Shown one piece after another: positions 15,632 through 23,908 of a stretch of DNA of 34,674 nt. The notes below the pieces were generated by a model. It had not been told where the DNA came from, did not search any database, and worked only from the letters and a program-made list of their open reading frames with translations. The stretch spans positions 1-34,674 of the forward strand of contig JAHJDB010000048.1 in the NCBI GenBank assembly GCA_018812765.1, written 5' to 3'. The stretch is from Nanobdellota archaeon. Lineage in GTDB: Archaea; Nanobdellota; Nanobdellia; Woesearchaeales; GW2011-AR9. Made by a program: the position numbers and the translations under genes. Each line of letters begins with the position of its first letter. Within the stretch, counting starts at the first letter, position 1.

Positions 15632-16489
15632 ATGAAAACTGCAACTAATAAGACTGAACAAAAAAACTTTGCTGTAGCTAAAGCTTTGAGTTTGTCTATT
15701 TCAACAAAACATTGTATTGAACTTTGTGATGCTTTGAGATATAAAAATACGTCTTATGCTAAGCAGTATCTTGCTGAAGTAATCGACCTTAAAAGACCAG
15801 TTCCGTTCAAGAAATTTTACAGAAATGTAGGTCACAAGGTAGGTATGGCTGCGGGAAGATTCCCTAAAAAAGCAGCAAAAGAACTGTTGAAAGTAATTGA
15901 ATCTGTAGAAGCAAATGCTCAATTTAAGGGAATGAACACTTCTCAGCTGAAGATCACTAAATTACTTGCTAACAAAGGTTCAATTCCTTTTACGGGGGGA
16001 AGACACCACCGAGGTACAAAAAGAACCAGTTTAGAAGTTGAAGTTAGTGAAAGAAGAGGAGTTAAAGAAGAGAGCAAGAAAGGTAAGAAGAAAGAAGCAG
16101 TGAAAGAAGCAGCAACAGAAGAAGTAAAGGAAACAGTAAAAGAGAAAAATGTTGAAGCCAAGAAAGTTGAAACTAAGAAAGTCGAAGAGAAAAAAGTAAC
16201 TGAAAATCATCTTAAGAAAGAATCTAAAGAAGAATTAAAAAAAGAGAGCAAACCTGAAACTAAAGAAACTAAGCTGGAAGTAAAGAAAGAAGAAGTAAAA
16301 AAAGAAGTAAAAGCTACAATAAAAGTACCGGTTAAAGAATTATCTTCAGAAGAGTTGCTGGCTAAGGCTCAAGAAAAAGCAGCTGAGCTTAATAGGAAAG
16401 AAAAGCAAAAAGAAGATTCAGAAAAGGTTGAAAAATTATACCATCAATTGAAACAAGAAGGGTCCTTAAGGGATAGAAAGGTGAACTAA
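15632..16489 (+). CDS. rpl22: 50S ribosomal protein L22 (uL22) with a long K/E-rich C-terminal extension
   Basis: The N-terminal ~135 aa form the uL22 core (AKALSLSISTKHCIELCDALR..GRHHRGTKRTSLEVEV). The remaining ~150 aa are Lys/Glu low-complexity sequence. Confidence 0.9.
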   Translation: MKTATNKTEQKNFAVAKALSLSISTKHCIELCDALRYKNTSYAKQYLAEVIDLKRPVPFKKFYRNVGHKVGMAAGRFPKKAAKELLKVIESVEANAQFKGMNTSQLKITKLLANKGSIPFTGGRHHRGTKRTSLEVEVSERRGVKEESKKGKKKEAVKEAATEEVKETVKEKNVEAKKVETKKVEEKKVTENHLKKESKEELKKESKPETKETKLEVKKEEVKKEVKATIKVPVKELSSEELLAKAQEKAAELNRKEKQKEDSEKVEKLYHQLKQEGSLRDRKVN

Positions 16490-16491
16490 GA

Positions 16492-17481
16492 ATGATTGAG
16501 CGAGAATTCATAGCCCAGAAAACAAAAGAATATTACATCAAGAAGTATGTAGAAAAAACTCTGGGTAATGTAGGTGTATCAAGTATTACTCTTAAGAAAA
16601 TCCCCTTAGGAGAAAAAATAATTATTAACACTAGCAGGCCTAGTTTGATTGTAGGTTCAAAAGGGTCTAATATTAGATCTTTAACTAAAACTCTAAAAAA
16701 TAAGTTTAAATTAGAGAATCCACAAATCGAGATTAACGAAGTGAAAAATATTTTTCTTGATGCTGATGTAGTAGCTGAAAAAATAGTTTCCTCTCTTGAA
16801 AGGTTCGGTTCGGCAAGATTTAAAGGTATCGGACACAAGATGTTGGAAAGCGTGATGGTTGCTGGAGCAAAGGGAGTTGAAATAATCATCTCTGGTAAAA
16901 TCCCTGGAGCTAGAGCTAAAAGTTGGAGATTTTATATGGGTTATCTGAAAAAGTGCGGCGATATAGCTGTAGTAGGAGTAAGGAAGTCCAAAAAAGCCGC
17001 TTTATTAAAAAGTGGGATCATTGGAATAAAGGTATCAATAATGCCTTCCGATATTGTGCTGCCAGATAGTGTAATTATCTTGGAAGAACCTCAACAATTG
17101 ATTGAAGAAATCAAGGAAAGCGAATCAGAAAATAAAAAAGAGAAAAAGCAGGAAAAGAAAAAACCTGCAAAAAGAAAGTCCCCAGTAAAAAAATCTACAA
17201 AAAAGAAAGTTAAAGGAGCTAAAGAAGAAGCTAAGGAAATTAAAGAAGCTAAGGAAGCTAAAGAAGAAACTAAGGAAGCTAAGGAAGCTAAGGAATCTAA
17301 AGAAGCTAAAGAAGTTAAAGAAGAAACTAAGGAAATTAAAGAAGCTAAAGATGGAGCTAAAGAAGAAAAAGAATCATCTTCAGAAGAATCAAGGGAAGAA
17401 AATAATTTAGAAGTTAATGAAAAGGAAAATGATGCTGAAGAAAAAATAGATGAAATTGCTGAAGAGGTCAAGAAAGAATGA
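16492..17481 (+). CDS. rps3: 30S ribosomal protein S3 (uS3) with a long K/E/A-rich repeat tail
   Basis: KH domain (IIINTSRPSLIVGSKGSNIRSL) and C-terminal domain (ISGKIPGARAKSWRF), then about 130 aa of KEAKE-type repeats. Confidence 0.92.
   Translation: MIEREFIAQKTKEYYIKKYVEKTLGNVGVSSITLKKIPLGEKIIINTSRPSLIVGSKGSNIRSLTKTLKNKFKLENPQIEINEVKNIFLDADVVAEKIVSSLERFGSARFKGIGHKMLESVMVAGAKGVEIIISGKIPGARAKSWRFYMGYLKKCGDIAVVGVRKSKKAALLKSGIIGIKVSIMPSDIVLPDSVIILEEPQQLIEEIKESESENKKEKKQEKKKPAKRKSPVKKSTKKKVKGAKEEAKEIKEAKEAKEETKEAKEAKESKEAKEVKEETKEIKEAKDGAKEEKESSSEESREENNLEVNEKENDAEEKIDEIAEEVKKE
17215..17368 (+). repeat. Coding 9-nt periodic repeat (GAAGCTAAR, Glu-Ala-Lys) in the rps3 tail
   Basis: Repeated gaagctaag/gaagctaaa units give AKEEAKEIKEAKEAKEETKEAKEAKESKEAKEVKEE. 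Confidence 0.85.
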
Positions 17482-17675
17482 AAGTAACTAAAGACCTCCG
17501 GGCTTTATCTGAACCAGAATTGAACGAAAGATTGAAAGAATTTAAAAAGGAACTATTAAAATTAAATGTTCAAGTGGCTTCTGGAACTGCTGCTCAAAGT
17601 TCAGGAAAGTTGCGACAAATTAAAAAAAATGTAGCAAGGGTAAACACCATCCTTAAAGAGAGAGGTGCCGATTAA
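17478..17675 (+). CDS. rpl29: 50S ribosomal protein L29 (uL29)
   Basis: ATGA overlap with rps3. LRALSEPELNERLKEFKKELLKLNVQ. 65 aa. Confidence 0.9.
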   Translation: MKVTKDLRALSEPELNERLKEFKKELLKLNVQVASGTAAQSSGKLRQIKKNVARVNTILKERGAD

Positions 17676-17683
17676 GTAAAACC

Positions 17684-17989
17684 ATGATTGATGTATGTAA
17701 CCAATGCGGACTTCCAAAAGACCTTTGTGTCTGTGAGACTATTGCTCGAGAACAGCAAAAAATAATGGTCAAGATTGAAAAGAGAAAGTTTGGGAAGAAG
17801 TACACTATTATAACTGGCATCAAAAAGGAAGCAAACATTGACGAGATAACCAAAAAGCTGAAAAATAAATTTGCTTGTGGCGGAACGTCAAAAAGCGGAT
17901 ATATTGAGCTTCAGGGTGATCATAAACTAAGAGCCAAAGCAGCTTTGGCAGAACTTGGTTTTCCAGAAGAGACGGTTGAAGTGGAGTAA
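17684..17989 (+). CDS. Translation initiation factor aIF1 (SUI1 family)
   Basis: N-terminal Cys knuckle CNQCGLPKDLCVC and SUI1 core KFACGGTSKSGYIELQGDH. 101 aa. Confidence 0.88.
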   Translation: MIDVCNQCGLPKDLCVCETIAREQQKIMVKIEKRKFGKKYTIITGIKKEANIDEITKKLKNKFACGGTSKSGYIELQGDHKLRAKAALAELGFPEETVEVE

Positions 17990-18030
17990 AAATTATCAAA
18001 ATCATGATGATTTTGGTGAAGTAGGAAAGA

Positions 18031-18285
18031 ATGGTAATGAGAAAATTTTTCCCTCATGAACTGATAGGAGAAGAGATTGAAGTTGTGGAAGCAACAAACT
18101 CTAATCTTCAAGGGATCAAAGGAAAAATTATTGACGAAACCAAAAGCACAATCAAAGTGCTTAAACAAGATAACCGAGAAGTTATTTTGTTGAAAAATAC
18201 GATCACATTCAAAATCCTTGGAACGGGAGAAATAATCCTGGGAAAGGAAATCATGAAAAGACCGGAAGACCGGTTGAAAGGTTAA
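18031..18285 (+). CDS. rnp1: RNase P protein component 1 (Rpp29/Pop4 homolog)
   Basis: Sm-like pattern LIGEEIEVVEATNSNLQGIKGKIIDETKSTIKV, and the conserved position between L29/aIF1 and S17. Confidence 0.8.
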   Translation: MVMRKFFPHELIGEEIEVVEATNSNLQGIKGKIIDETKSTIKVLKQDNREVILLKNTITFKILGTGEIILGKEIMKRPEDRLKG

Positions 18286-18290
18286 AAAAA

Positions 18291-18722
18291 ATGCAAGTAA
18301 GAAAAGAAATATTGGGCGTACCTGCACCAAAGCGGGCTTTTGATAGTCAGTATCATGATAAAAAATGTCCTTTTACAGGCACTCTTCCAGTAAAAAAGGA
18401 GCTGCTTAAAGGTAAAGTTGTGAAGAAAGACACCAATAAGTCAGCTACAATTGAATGGTTTAGACCTTTTTTCATTCCAAAATATGAGCGTTACGAAATC
18501 AGAAGAAGCCGATTAAGAGTTCACAACCCACCTTGTATCGATGCTCAGGTCGGTCAAAGAGTTCTTGTTGCAAGAACTAGACCCTTAAGTAAGACTAAGA
18601 ATCACGTAATAATCCAAATCTTAGAAGGATTTGAAGAAACTTCTGAAAAGGAAGCTAAGATGCCTGCTAGAAAGAAGAAAGAGATTAAGAATAAAGAAGA
18701 AGCTAAAGGGAGCGAAGAATAA
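18291..18722 (+). CDS. rps17: 30S ribosomal protein S17 (uS17)
   Basis: DKKCPFTG, KSATIEW and RLRVHNPPCIDAQVGQRVLVARTRPLSKTK blocks, with a K/E tail. Confidence 0.9.
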   Translation: MQVRKEILGVPAPKRAFDSQYHDKKCPFTGTLPVKKELLKGKVVKKDTNKSATIEWFRPFFIPKYERYEIRRSRLRVHNPPCIDAQVGQRVLVARTRPLSKTKNHVIIQILEGFEETSEKEAKMPARKKKEIKNKEEAKGSEE

Positions 18723-18724
18723 AA

Positions 18725-19126
18725 ATGAAAGCAGTAAAGGCAAGAATAGTCAAGAGCTTACCATCACAAGCTTATGTAATCGCTTGTGATAATAGTGGAG
18801 CTAAGGTCTTAAAGATTATTTCAGTAAAAGGCCATAAGACTGTAAGAGGAAGAATCCCTGCTGCAGGAGTTGGAGATTTCGTATTAGCTTCAGTAAAGAA
18901 AGGTAAGCTAGAAATGAGAAAAACTGTCGTTCCAGCAATCATTGTCAGACAAAAAAAAGAATACCGAAGACCTGATGGCACCAGAATAAAATTTGAAGAT
19001 AATGCTGCCATAGTATTGAAAGATGATAAAGGCAACCCTAAGGGAACCATCTTTAAAGGTCCAATCGCTAAAGAAGTTGCAGAGAGATGGCCAGCAGTTG
19101 CTAAAGTAGCAAATATGACGGTATGA
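18725..19126 (+). CDS. rpl14: 50S ribosomal protein L14 (uL14)
   Basis: ACDNSGAK, GDFVLASVKKG and IKFEDNAAIVL blocks. 133 aa. Confidence 0.95.
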   Translation: MKAVKARIVKSLPSQAYVIACDNSGAKVLKIISVKGHKTVRGRIPAAGVGDFVLASVKKGKLEMRKTVVPAIIVRQKKEYRRPDGTRIKFEDNAAIVLKDDKGNPKGTIFKGPIAKEVAERWPAVAKVANMTV

Positions 19127-19659
19127 TCATAAATAAAAAATTAAAATTAAAAAATCAAAATAATCAGAAAATGGTAAAAACAGGATTTTCAACAGGATGG
19201 AACAAAAGCGTCCAACCAAGAAGGCAGCGCAAATATAGATACAATGCTCCTTTACACGTCCGACAGAAGTTGGCGCATGTACATTTATCCAAAGATCTGA
19301 GACAAAAACACGGCTTGAGAAATTTACAAGTAAAAACTGGAGACAAAGTGAAGGTTTTGAGAGGTAAGTTTAAAGGCAAAGAAGGGAAAGTCGAAAGAGT
19401 TAACCTGAAAAGAGAGAGAGTTTTTGTTACTGGATTAGATCATATCAAGAAAGATGGGTCTAAGGTTCCTGCTGGATTCAATCCTTCAAATCTTATGATT
19501 GTCGTCTTAGATACTACTGATAAGAGAAGGAAGATCAACAAAAAAGGAAAGAAAGAATCTAAAACAGAAGTAAAGGAAGAAGTAAAAAAAGAAGAATCAA
19601 AAGAATCAAAATCTGAAACTAAAAAGGAAAAATCAAACTCAGAGGATAATAAAAAATGA
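19123..19659 (+). CDS. rpl24: 50S ribosomal protein L24 (uL24) with a K/E/S tail
   Basis: KOW motif KTGDKVKVLRGKFKGKEGKVERV. The start is either the ATGA overlap at 19123 or the internal ATG at 19171 (MVKTGF); the choice is uncertain. Confidence 0.88.
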   Translation: MIINKKLKLKNQNNQKMVKTGFSTGWNKSVQPRRQRKYRYNAPLHVRQKLAHVHLSKDLRQKHGLRNLQVKTGDKVKVLRGKFKGKEGKVERVNLKRERVFVTGLDHIKKDGSKVPAGFNPSNLMIVVLDTTDKRRKINKKGKKESKTEVKEEVKKEESKESKSETKKEKSNSEDNKK

Positions 19660-20342
19660 AAAATCACTTGAAAAGAATCGCCTCGCCAAGAACGTGGGTA
19701 ATTAACAGGATGAGTAATACTTTCATCACCAGACCTAAACCAGGTGCACATTCTTTAGAGATGGGTTTACCTTTGGGAGTAGTTTTACGTGATCAGTTAA
19801 AACTAACTACTACCATGGGAGAAACAAAAAAGCTGCTTAACAATAAAGAAGTCTTAGTCGATGGTAAAAGAAGGAAGGATCACCGTTATATCGTTGGTTT
19901 ATTTGATGTGCTATCAATTCCAGCACTAAAAGATAATTATAGAGTGTTAGTCAATAAAAAAGGAAGATTAGTTTTAAAGAAATTAGATTCAGAAGAAAGC
20001 AACACTAAATTAAGTAAAGTTGTTGGAAAAGTTGTTTTGAAGGGCGGCAAGACTCAGTTTAATTTGCATGACGGAAAGAATATAATCAGCACTGAAAAAG
20101 CAAAGATAGGAGATACGTTTGTATTGAGTCTTCCGAAAATGGAAGTAAAGAAAATCTTGTTTTTAAAAGAAGGAGTAACAGTATTTTTAACTAAAGGCAA
20201 ACACGCAGGCCATTCAGGCATATTGAAAGAAATTAAAGGAAGAGAAGCAACCTATTCTGAAGAAGGTCAGGAAGTAGATACTGCCAAAGATTATCTTTTT
20301 GTTGTAGGTAAAGATAAAGCTGAAATCAAGATTGAGAATTAA
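19656..20342 (+). CDS. rps4e: 30S ribosomal protein S4e (eS4)
   Basis: MKNHLKRIASPRTW N-terminus, S4 and KOW-like regions. ATGA overlap with rpl24. Confidence 0.93.
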   Translation: MKNHLKRIASPRTWVINRMSNTFITRPKPGAHSLEMGLPLGVVLRDQLKLTTTMGETKKLLNNKEVLVDGKRRKDHRYIVGLFDVLSIPALKDNYRVLVNKKGRLVLKKLDSEESNTKLSKVVGKVVLKGGKTQFNLHDGKNIISTEKAKIGDTFVLSLPKMEVKKILFLKEGVTVFLTKGKHAGHSGILKEIKGREATYSEEGQEVDTAKDYLFVVGKDKAEIKIEN

Positions 20343-20881
20343 TGGTTGAAAAAATGAAGAAAGAAAGTAAAGTAATGGAAGAGAACAAGATGAAGGAAAT
20401 CAGGTTTGAGAAGCTTTCATTAAATATAGGAGCGGGGAAAAACGAAGACCTATTGAAGAAAGGTTTGAAGTTATTACAGAAACTTTCTCCAGTAAAACCA
20501 GTTAAGACCATTACCCAAAAAAGAATTCCTGGCTGGGGTTTAAGACCTGGTTTGGCTATCGGTTGTAAAGTTACTGTTCGAAATAATTGTGAACAATTGT
20601 TAAAAAGATTAATGGCAGCTAAGGAAAATAAGCTTAAAGAAAGCAACTTTGACGAAAACGGTAATTTTTCATTTGGAATTCCTGAGTACATTGATATTGA
20701 AGGGCTTGAATATGATCCTGATCTGAAAATAATTGGTCTTGAAGTTGCAGTTTCTTTAGAAAGGCCAGGATTTAGGGTAAAAAGAAGAAAAAATAAATCA
20801 AAAAGTGTCGGTAAAACACATAAGATTAGCAAAGAAGAAGCAATATCATTCGTTCAAAAATTAGGTTATGAGGTTGAATAA
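20342..20881 (+). CDS. rpl5: 50S ribosomal protein L5 (uL5)
   Basis: [30 protein letters not shown] and [18 protein letters not shown] blocks. TAATG overlap with rps4e. Confidence 0.92.
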   Translation: MVEKMKKESKVMEENKMKEIRFEKLSLNIGAGKNEDLLKKGLKLLQKLSPVKPVKTITQKRIPGWGLRPGLAIGCKVTVRNNCEQLLKRLMAAKENKLKESNFDENGNFSFGIPEYIDIEGLEYDPDLKIIGLEVAVSLERPGFRVKRRKNKSKSVGKTHKISKEEAISFVQKLGYEVE

Positions 20882-20886
20882 ATACA

Positions 20887-21117
20887 ATGACAACTAGCGA
20901 TCATAAAAAGATGTTCACTCAGCTGGACAAGAAGCCTATCAAAAAGGCGAAATTCATTAAGTTTAACCAGCCTAAAGAACGTTCCTGTGGAATTGCCTTA
21001 AGGAAATGTAAAAATTGCGGCAGAATGAGAGGCCACATTAACAAATATAGCTTACATTTGTGTAGGCAGTGTTTTAGAGAGATGGCTCCTGAAATCGGGT
21101 TTAAAAAATACAATTAA
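20887..21117 (+). CDS. rps14: 30S ribosomal protein S14 (uS14, zinc-binding type)
   Basis: CKNCGR...CRQCFRE zinc ribbon. The N-terminus is longer than the ~50-60 aa typical for archaeal uS14, so an internal start at M10 is possible. Confidence 0.88.
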   Translation: MTTSDHKKMFTQLDKKPIKKAKFIKFNQPKERSCGIALRKCKNCGRMRGHINKYSLHLCRQCFREMAPEIGFKKYN

Positions 21118-21135
21118 ATGGAGGAATAAAGAAAA

Positions 21136-21525
21136 ATGTTAAACGATCCTTTGGCAGCAGCTTTGACCAAGATAGTCAATGCAGAAAGGGTAGGAAAGAA
21201 AGAAGTACTTATCAAGCCGGCCTCCAAGATGATTAAAAAAATACTTACTATCATGAATGATCATAATTATATCGGTTCATTCGAGGAAGTTGAAGATGGA
21301 AAAGGTGGAATATTGAAAGTTAACCTACTAGGAAACATCAATAAATGCGGTGTAATCAAGCCGAGGTTTTCCACTAAGAAGAACAATTTTGAAAAGTGGG
21401 AAAAAAGATATTTACCAGCAAGAGATTTTGGATTGATACTTGTTTCCACTCCTCAAGGAGTTTTAACACATTCCTTAGCTAAAGAAAAAGGTACCGGGGG
21501 AAAATTGTTAGCTTACTGTTATTAA
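21136..21525 (+). CDS. rps8: 30S ribosomal protein S8 (uS8)
   Basis: [17 protein letters not shown] and [21 protein letters not shown] blocks. 129 aa. Confidence 0.93.
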   Translation: MLNDPLAAALTKIVNAERVGKKEVLIKPASKMIKKILTIMNDHNYIGSFEEVEDGKGGILKVNLLGNINKCGVIKPRFSTKKNNFEKWEKRYLPARDFGLILVSTPQGVLTHSLAKEKGTGGKLLAYCY

Positions 21526-21544
21526 GTAAATTTTGATAATCAAG

Positions 21545-22087
21545 ATGAAAGAAGATATTCGTTTGGAAATTGAACTTAAAAAAGGAGTCACTGCTCAAGT
21601 AGAAGGCAGTTTGCTTAAAGTTAAAGGTCCAAAAGGAGAAATAAACAGAGGTTTTCTTCATCCAAAAGTTTTTGTATTAGTCGAAGGTAGTAAGATAGTC
21701 TTAGTTGTTAAACAGGCTACTAAAAGAGAAAAAACAGTTATTGGAACTTTCGAATCGCATGTAAAGAACATGGTCAAAGGGGTTGAAGAACCTTTTGAAT
21801 ATAAATTAAAGATTTGTTCTGGACATTTTCCGATGAACGTAAGTGTTTCAGGAAGTGAACTAACGATAAAAAATTTCCTTGGAGAATCAGTTCCCAGAAA
21901 AGTTAAGTTAATGGAAGGAGTAATTGTAAAAATAAACGGTACTGAGATTGTTGTTACTAGTCCAAATAAAGAATTGGCAGGACAAGCCGCTGCTCAAATT
22001 GAGAGCTTGTGTAGAATAACTAATAGAGATAGAAGGATATTCCAGGACGGATGTTATATCACTGACAAAGCTGGAAAAAGAATCTAA
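21545..22087 (+). CDS. rpl6: 50S ribosomal protein L6 (uL6)
   Basis: The track begins at TTG 21533, but ATG 21545 (MKEDIR) is more plausible. Two uL6 repeats are present (VKGPKGEI.., ICSGHFPMNV, VTSPNKELAGQ). Confidence 0.9.
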   Translation: MKEDIRLEIELKKGVTAQVEGSLLKVKGPKGEINRGFLHPKVFVLVEGSKIVLVVKQATKREKTVIGTFESHVKNMVKGVEEPFEYKLKICSGHFPMNVSVSGSELTIKNFLGESVPRKVKLMEGVIVKINGTEIVVTSPNKELAGQAAAQIESLCRITNRDRRIFQDGCYITDKAGKRI

Positions 22088-22719
22088 TGATAAAAATGGT
22101 AGACAAGGATTCATTAAAATTGAAAGAGAAAATGAGAAAAAAAAGACCTGACTTCCTAGTTAAAGAGTCTAAATTTTCAGCTCGGGTTAAGAGCAGATGG
22201 AGATTTCCTCGAGGAAAGCATTCCAAGGTAAGACAGATGCACAAAGGAAGACAAGCTATGCCTTCTCCTGGTTATGGGATGCCGAAAGAGATAAAGGGAT
22301 TACATAAGTCTGGATTAGAGATGGTAGTTGTGCATAATAGTAAGGGTCTTGAAGCTTTAGATGCTGGAAAGCAGGGAGCTTTGATAGGATCGACTGTAGG
22401 CCAGAAAAAGAAGTTAGAGTTGTTGAAATTAGCTAAAAGTAAGAAGATCACTGTCTTAAATGTTAAGGATGTTAATGCTCAGGTAGAAGAGATTCAGAAG
22501 TCTTTTGAAAAAAGGACAGAATCAAGAAAGAAAAGACAAATTGAGCTAACCAAAAAAGAAGAAGAAAAGAAGAAAAAAGCTGAAGAAAAGAAGAAGAAAG
22601 ACGAAGAAGAGAAAGCCAAAGCTAAAGAAGCAGAAAAAGCTGATAGTGGCGAAGGGGCTAAGAGCGAGAAAGAAGAGCAAAAAGAAATGATTGAAAAAAC
22701 CATGACTAAAAGACAGTAA
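22087..22719 (+). CDS. rpl32e: 50S ribosomal protein L32e (eL32) with a K/E tail
   Basis: RPDFLVKESKFSARVKSRWRFPRGKHSKVR core. The C-terminal ~70 aa are Lys/Glu-rich. TAATG overlap with rpl6. Confidence 0.9.
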   Translation: MIKMVDKDSLKLKEKMRKKRPDFLVKESKFSARVKSRWRFPRGKHSKVRQMHKGRQAMPSPGYGMPKEIKGLHKSGLEMVVVHNSKGLEALDAGKQGALIGSTVGQKKKLELLKLAKSKKITVLNVKDVNAQVEEIQKSFEKRTESRKKRQIELTKKEEEKKKKAEEKKKKDEEEKAKAKEAEKADSGEGAKSEKEEQKEMIEKTMTKRQ

Positions 22720-22742
22720 GGGAAAACAATCAGAGATAAACT

Positions 22743-22784
22743 AAATAAAAATAACCAAAAGATAAATAAAAATAACCAAAAGAA
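22743..22784 (+). repeat. Tandem 21-bp direct repeat in the rpl32e-rpl19e spacer
   Basis: AAATAAAAATAACCAAAAGAT (22743-22763) is followed by AAATAAAAATAACCAAAAGAA (22764-22784). Confidence 0.9.
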
Positions 22785-22808
22785 AATCAAAATTATCGAG
22801 AACAGAAA

Positions 22809-23294
22809 ATGAGAAATAAAAAACAAGTTGTCGCAAAAATCATGAAAACTTCACCATATAAGGTGAAATTTTCAACTGATGCTTTGGAAGATATTAAGAA
22901 AGCAATCACTAGAGCGGATTTTAGAGGATTGATTGCAGTAGGTAAAATAACCAAAAGCGACAAGAACTTAGCTTCAAAAGCAGGCGCAAGAAAGAATGCT
23001 GAGCAGAAAAGGAAAGGAAGAAGGAAAAATTCTGGTTCCAAAAGCGGTTCAAAATTTTCCGTTGTAGATAAGAAAGCTAAATGGGCAGCAAAAGTAAGAG
23101 TCCAAAGAACCTTTTTGAGAAATCTGAAGGAGAATGAATTAATAACAAAGAAAGATTATAGAAAGTTATATTTACGAAGCAAGGGAGGATTTTTCAGAAA
23201 TAAGAGGCACATTAAGCTTTATCTGAAAGAACAAAACTTAATCCAAGCAAAATCACCTTCAACAAAAGTAGAAACAGAAAAACAAACAAAATAA
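22809..23294 (+). CDS. rpl19e: 50S ribosomal protein L19e (eL19)
   Basis: Basic eL19 pattern (RKGRRKNSGSKSGSK, WAAKVRVQRTFLRNLK, YRKLYLRSKGGFFRNKRH) and gene order. Confidence 0.9.
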   Translation: MRNKKQVVAKIMKTSPYKVKFSTDALEDIKKAITRADFRGLIAVGKITKSDKNLASKAGARKNAEQKRKGRRKNSGSKSGSKFSVVDKKAKWAAKVRVQRTFLRNLKENELITKKDYRKLYLRSKGGFFRNKRHIKLYLKEQNLIQAKSPSTKVETEKQTK

Positions 23295-23319
23295 GAAAAT
23301 AAAATAACAAATATAAAAA

Positions 23320-23904
23320 ATGGCAACCAGAAAACCTAAAACCGTTCCGTATAGGAGGAAAAGAGAACAGAAGACTGTTTATTCCAAAAGATTAAAATTA
23401 CTTTTACCTAGAAAAGAAAGGTTAGTTGTTCGGTTGACCAACCAGAAAGTTATTGCACAAGTTGTTCAGTTCACTACAGCTGGAGATAAAGTTTTGTTGG
23501 GAGTGGATTCTTCCGCCTTAAAAAAACTAGGATGGAATTATTCTCTTAAAAATACTTCTGCTGTTTACTTGACTGGGTTGCTTTTTGGTAAAGAAGCTTT
23601 AAAGAAAGGGCATTCAGAAATGATTTTTGACACAGGCCTTAAATCTCCATTACACAAAGGAAAACTGTTCGCTTTCCTGAAAGGAGTTGTTGATGCTGGT
23701 GTTGAGATACCTCATGGCAATGATGAAATATTTCCCGGCGAGGAGAGAATCAGAGGAGCACATGTTAAAGAGTATGCAGAATTATTGAAAAAAGAAAAAA
23801 GCGCATACGAAGAAAGATTTACAAAATATTTAAAAAATAAGACTGAACCAGAGAAGATCGAGAAAGTATTTGATGAGGTAAAAGAAAAAATTAACAATCA
23901 ATAA
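23320..23904 (+). CDS. rpl18: 50S ribosomal protein L18 (uL18)
   Basis: VPYRRKREQKTVYSKRLKLL, RLVVRLTNQKVIAQVV and FDTGL..HKGKLFAFLKGVVDAG blocks. Confidence 0.92.
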   Translation: MATRKPKTVPYRRKREQKTVYSKRLKLLLPRKERLVVRLTNQKVIAQVVQFTTAGDKVLLGVDSSALKKLGWNYSLKNTSAVYLTGLLFGKEALKKGHSEMIFDTGLKSPLHKGKLFAFLKGVVDAGVEIPHGNDEIFPGEERIRGAHVKEYAELLKKEKSAYEERFTKYLKNKTEPEKIEKVFDEVKEKINNQ

Positions 23905-23908
23905 AAAA

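Noticed and set aside
15701-17471. Antisense ORFs opposite rpl22 and rps3 (15701..15922, 15943..16161, 16533..16889, 17091..17471)
   Set aside because: Their Ser/Phe/Leu-rich products are the reverse-complement reading of GAA/AAG-rich K/E tails. They are artefacts of low-complexity coding sequence.
17684-18285. aIF1 and RNase P subunit genes embedded in the ribosomal operon as a novelty
   Set aside because: This placement between L29 and S17 is the well-known conserved archaeal arrangement.
17653-18330. Minus-strand ORFs 17653..17853, 17820..18005 and 17920..18330 overlapping aIF1/rnp1
   Set aside because: They overlap conserved plus-strand genes with recognisable motifs. They show no homology or promoter features.
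22743-22784. CRISPR-like repeat
   Set aside because: There are only two directly adjacent 21-bp copies with no spacers, and the sequence is A/T-rich. This is not a CRISPR array.
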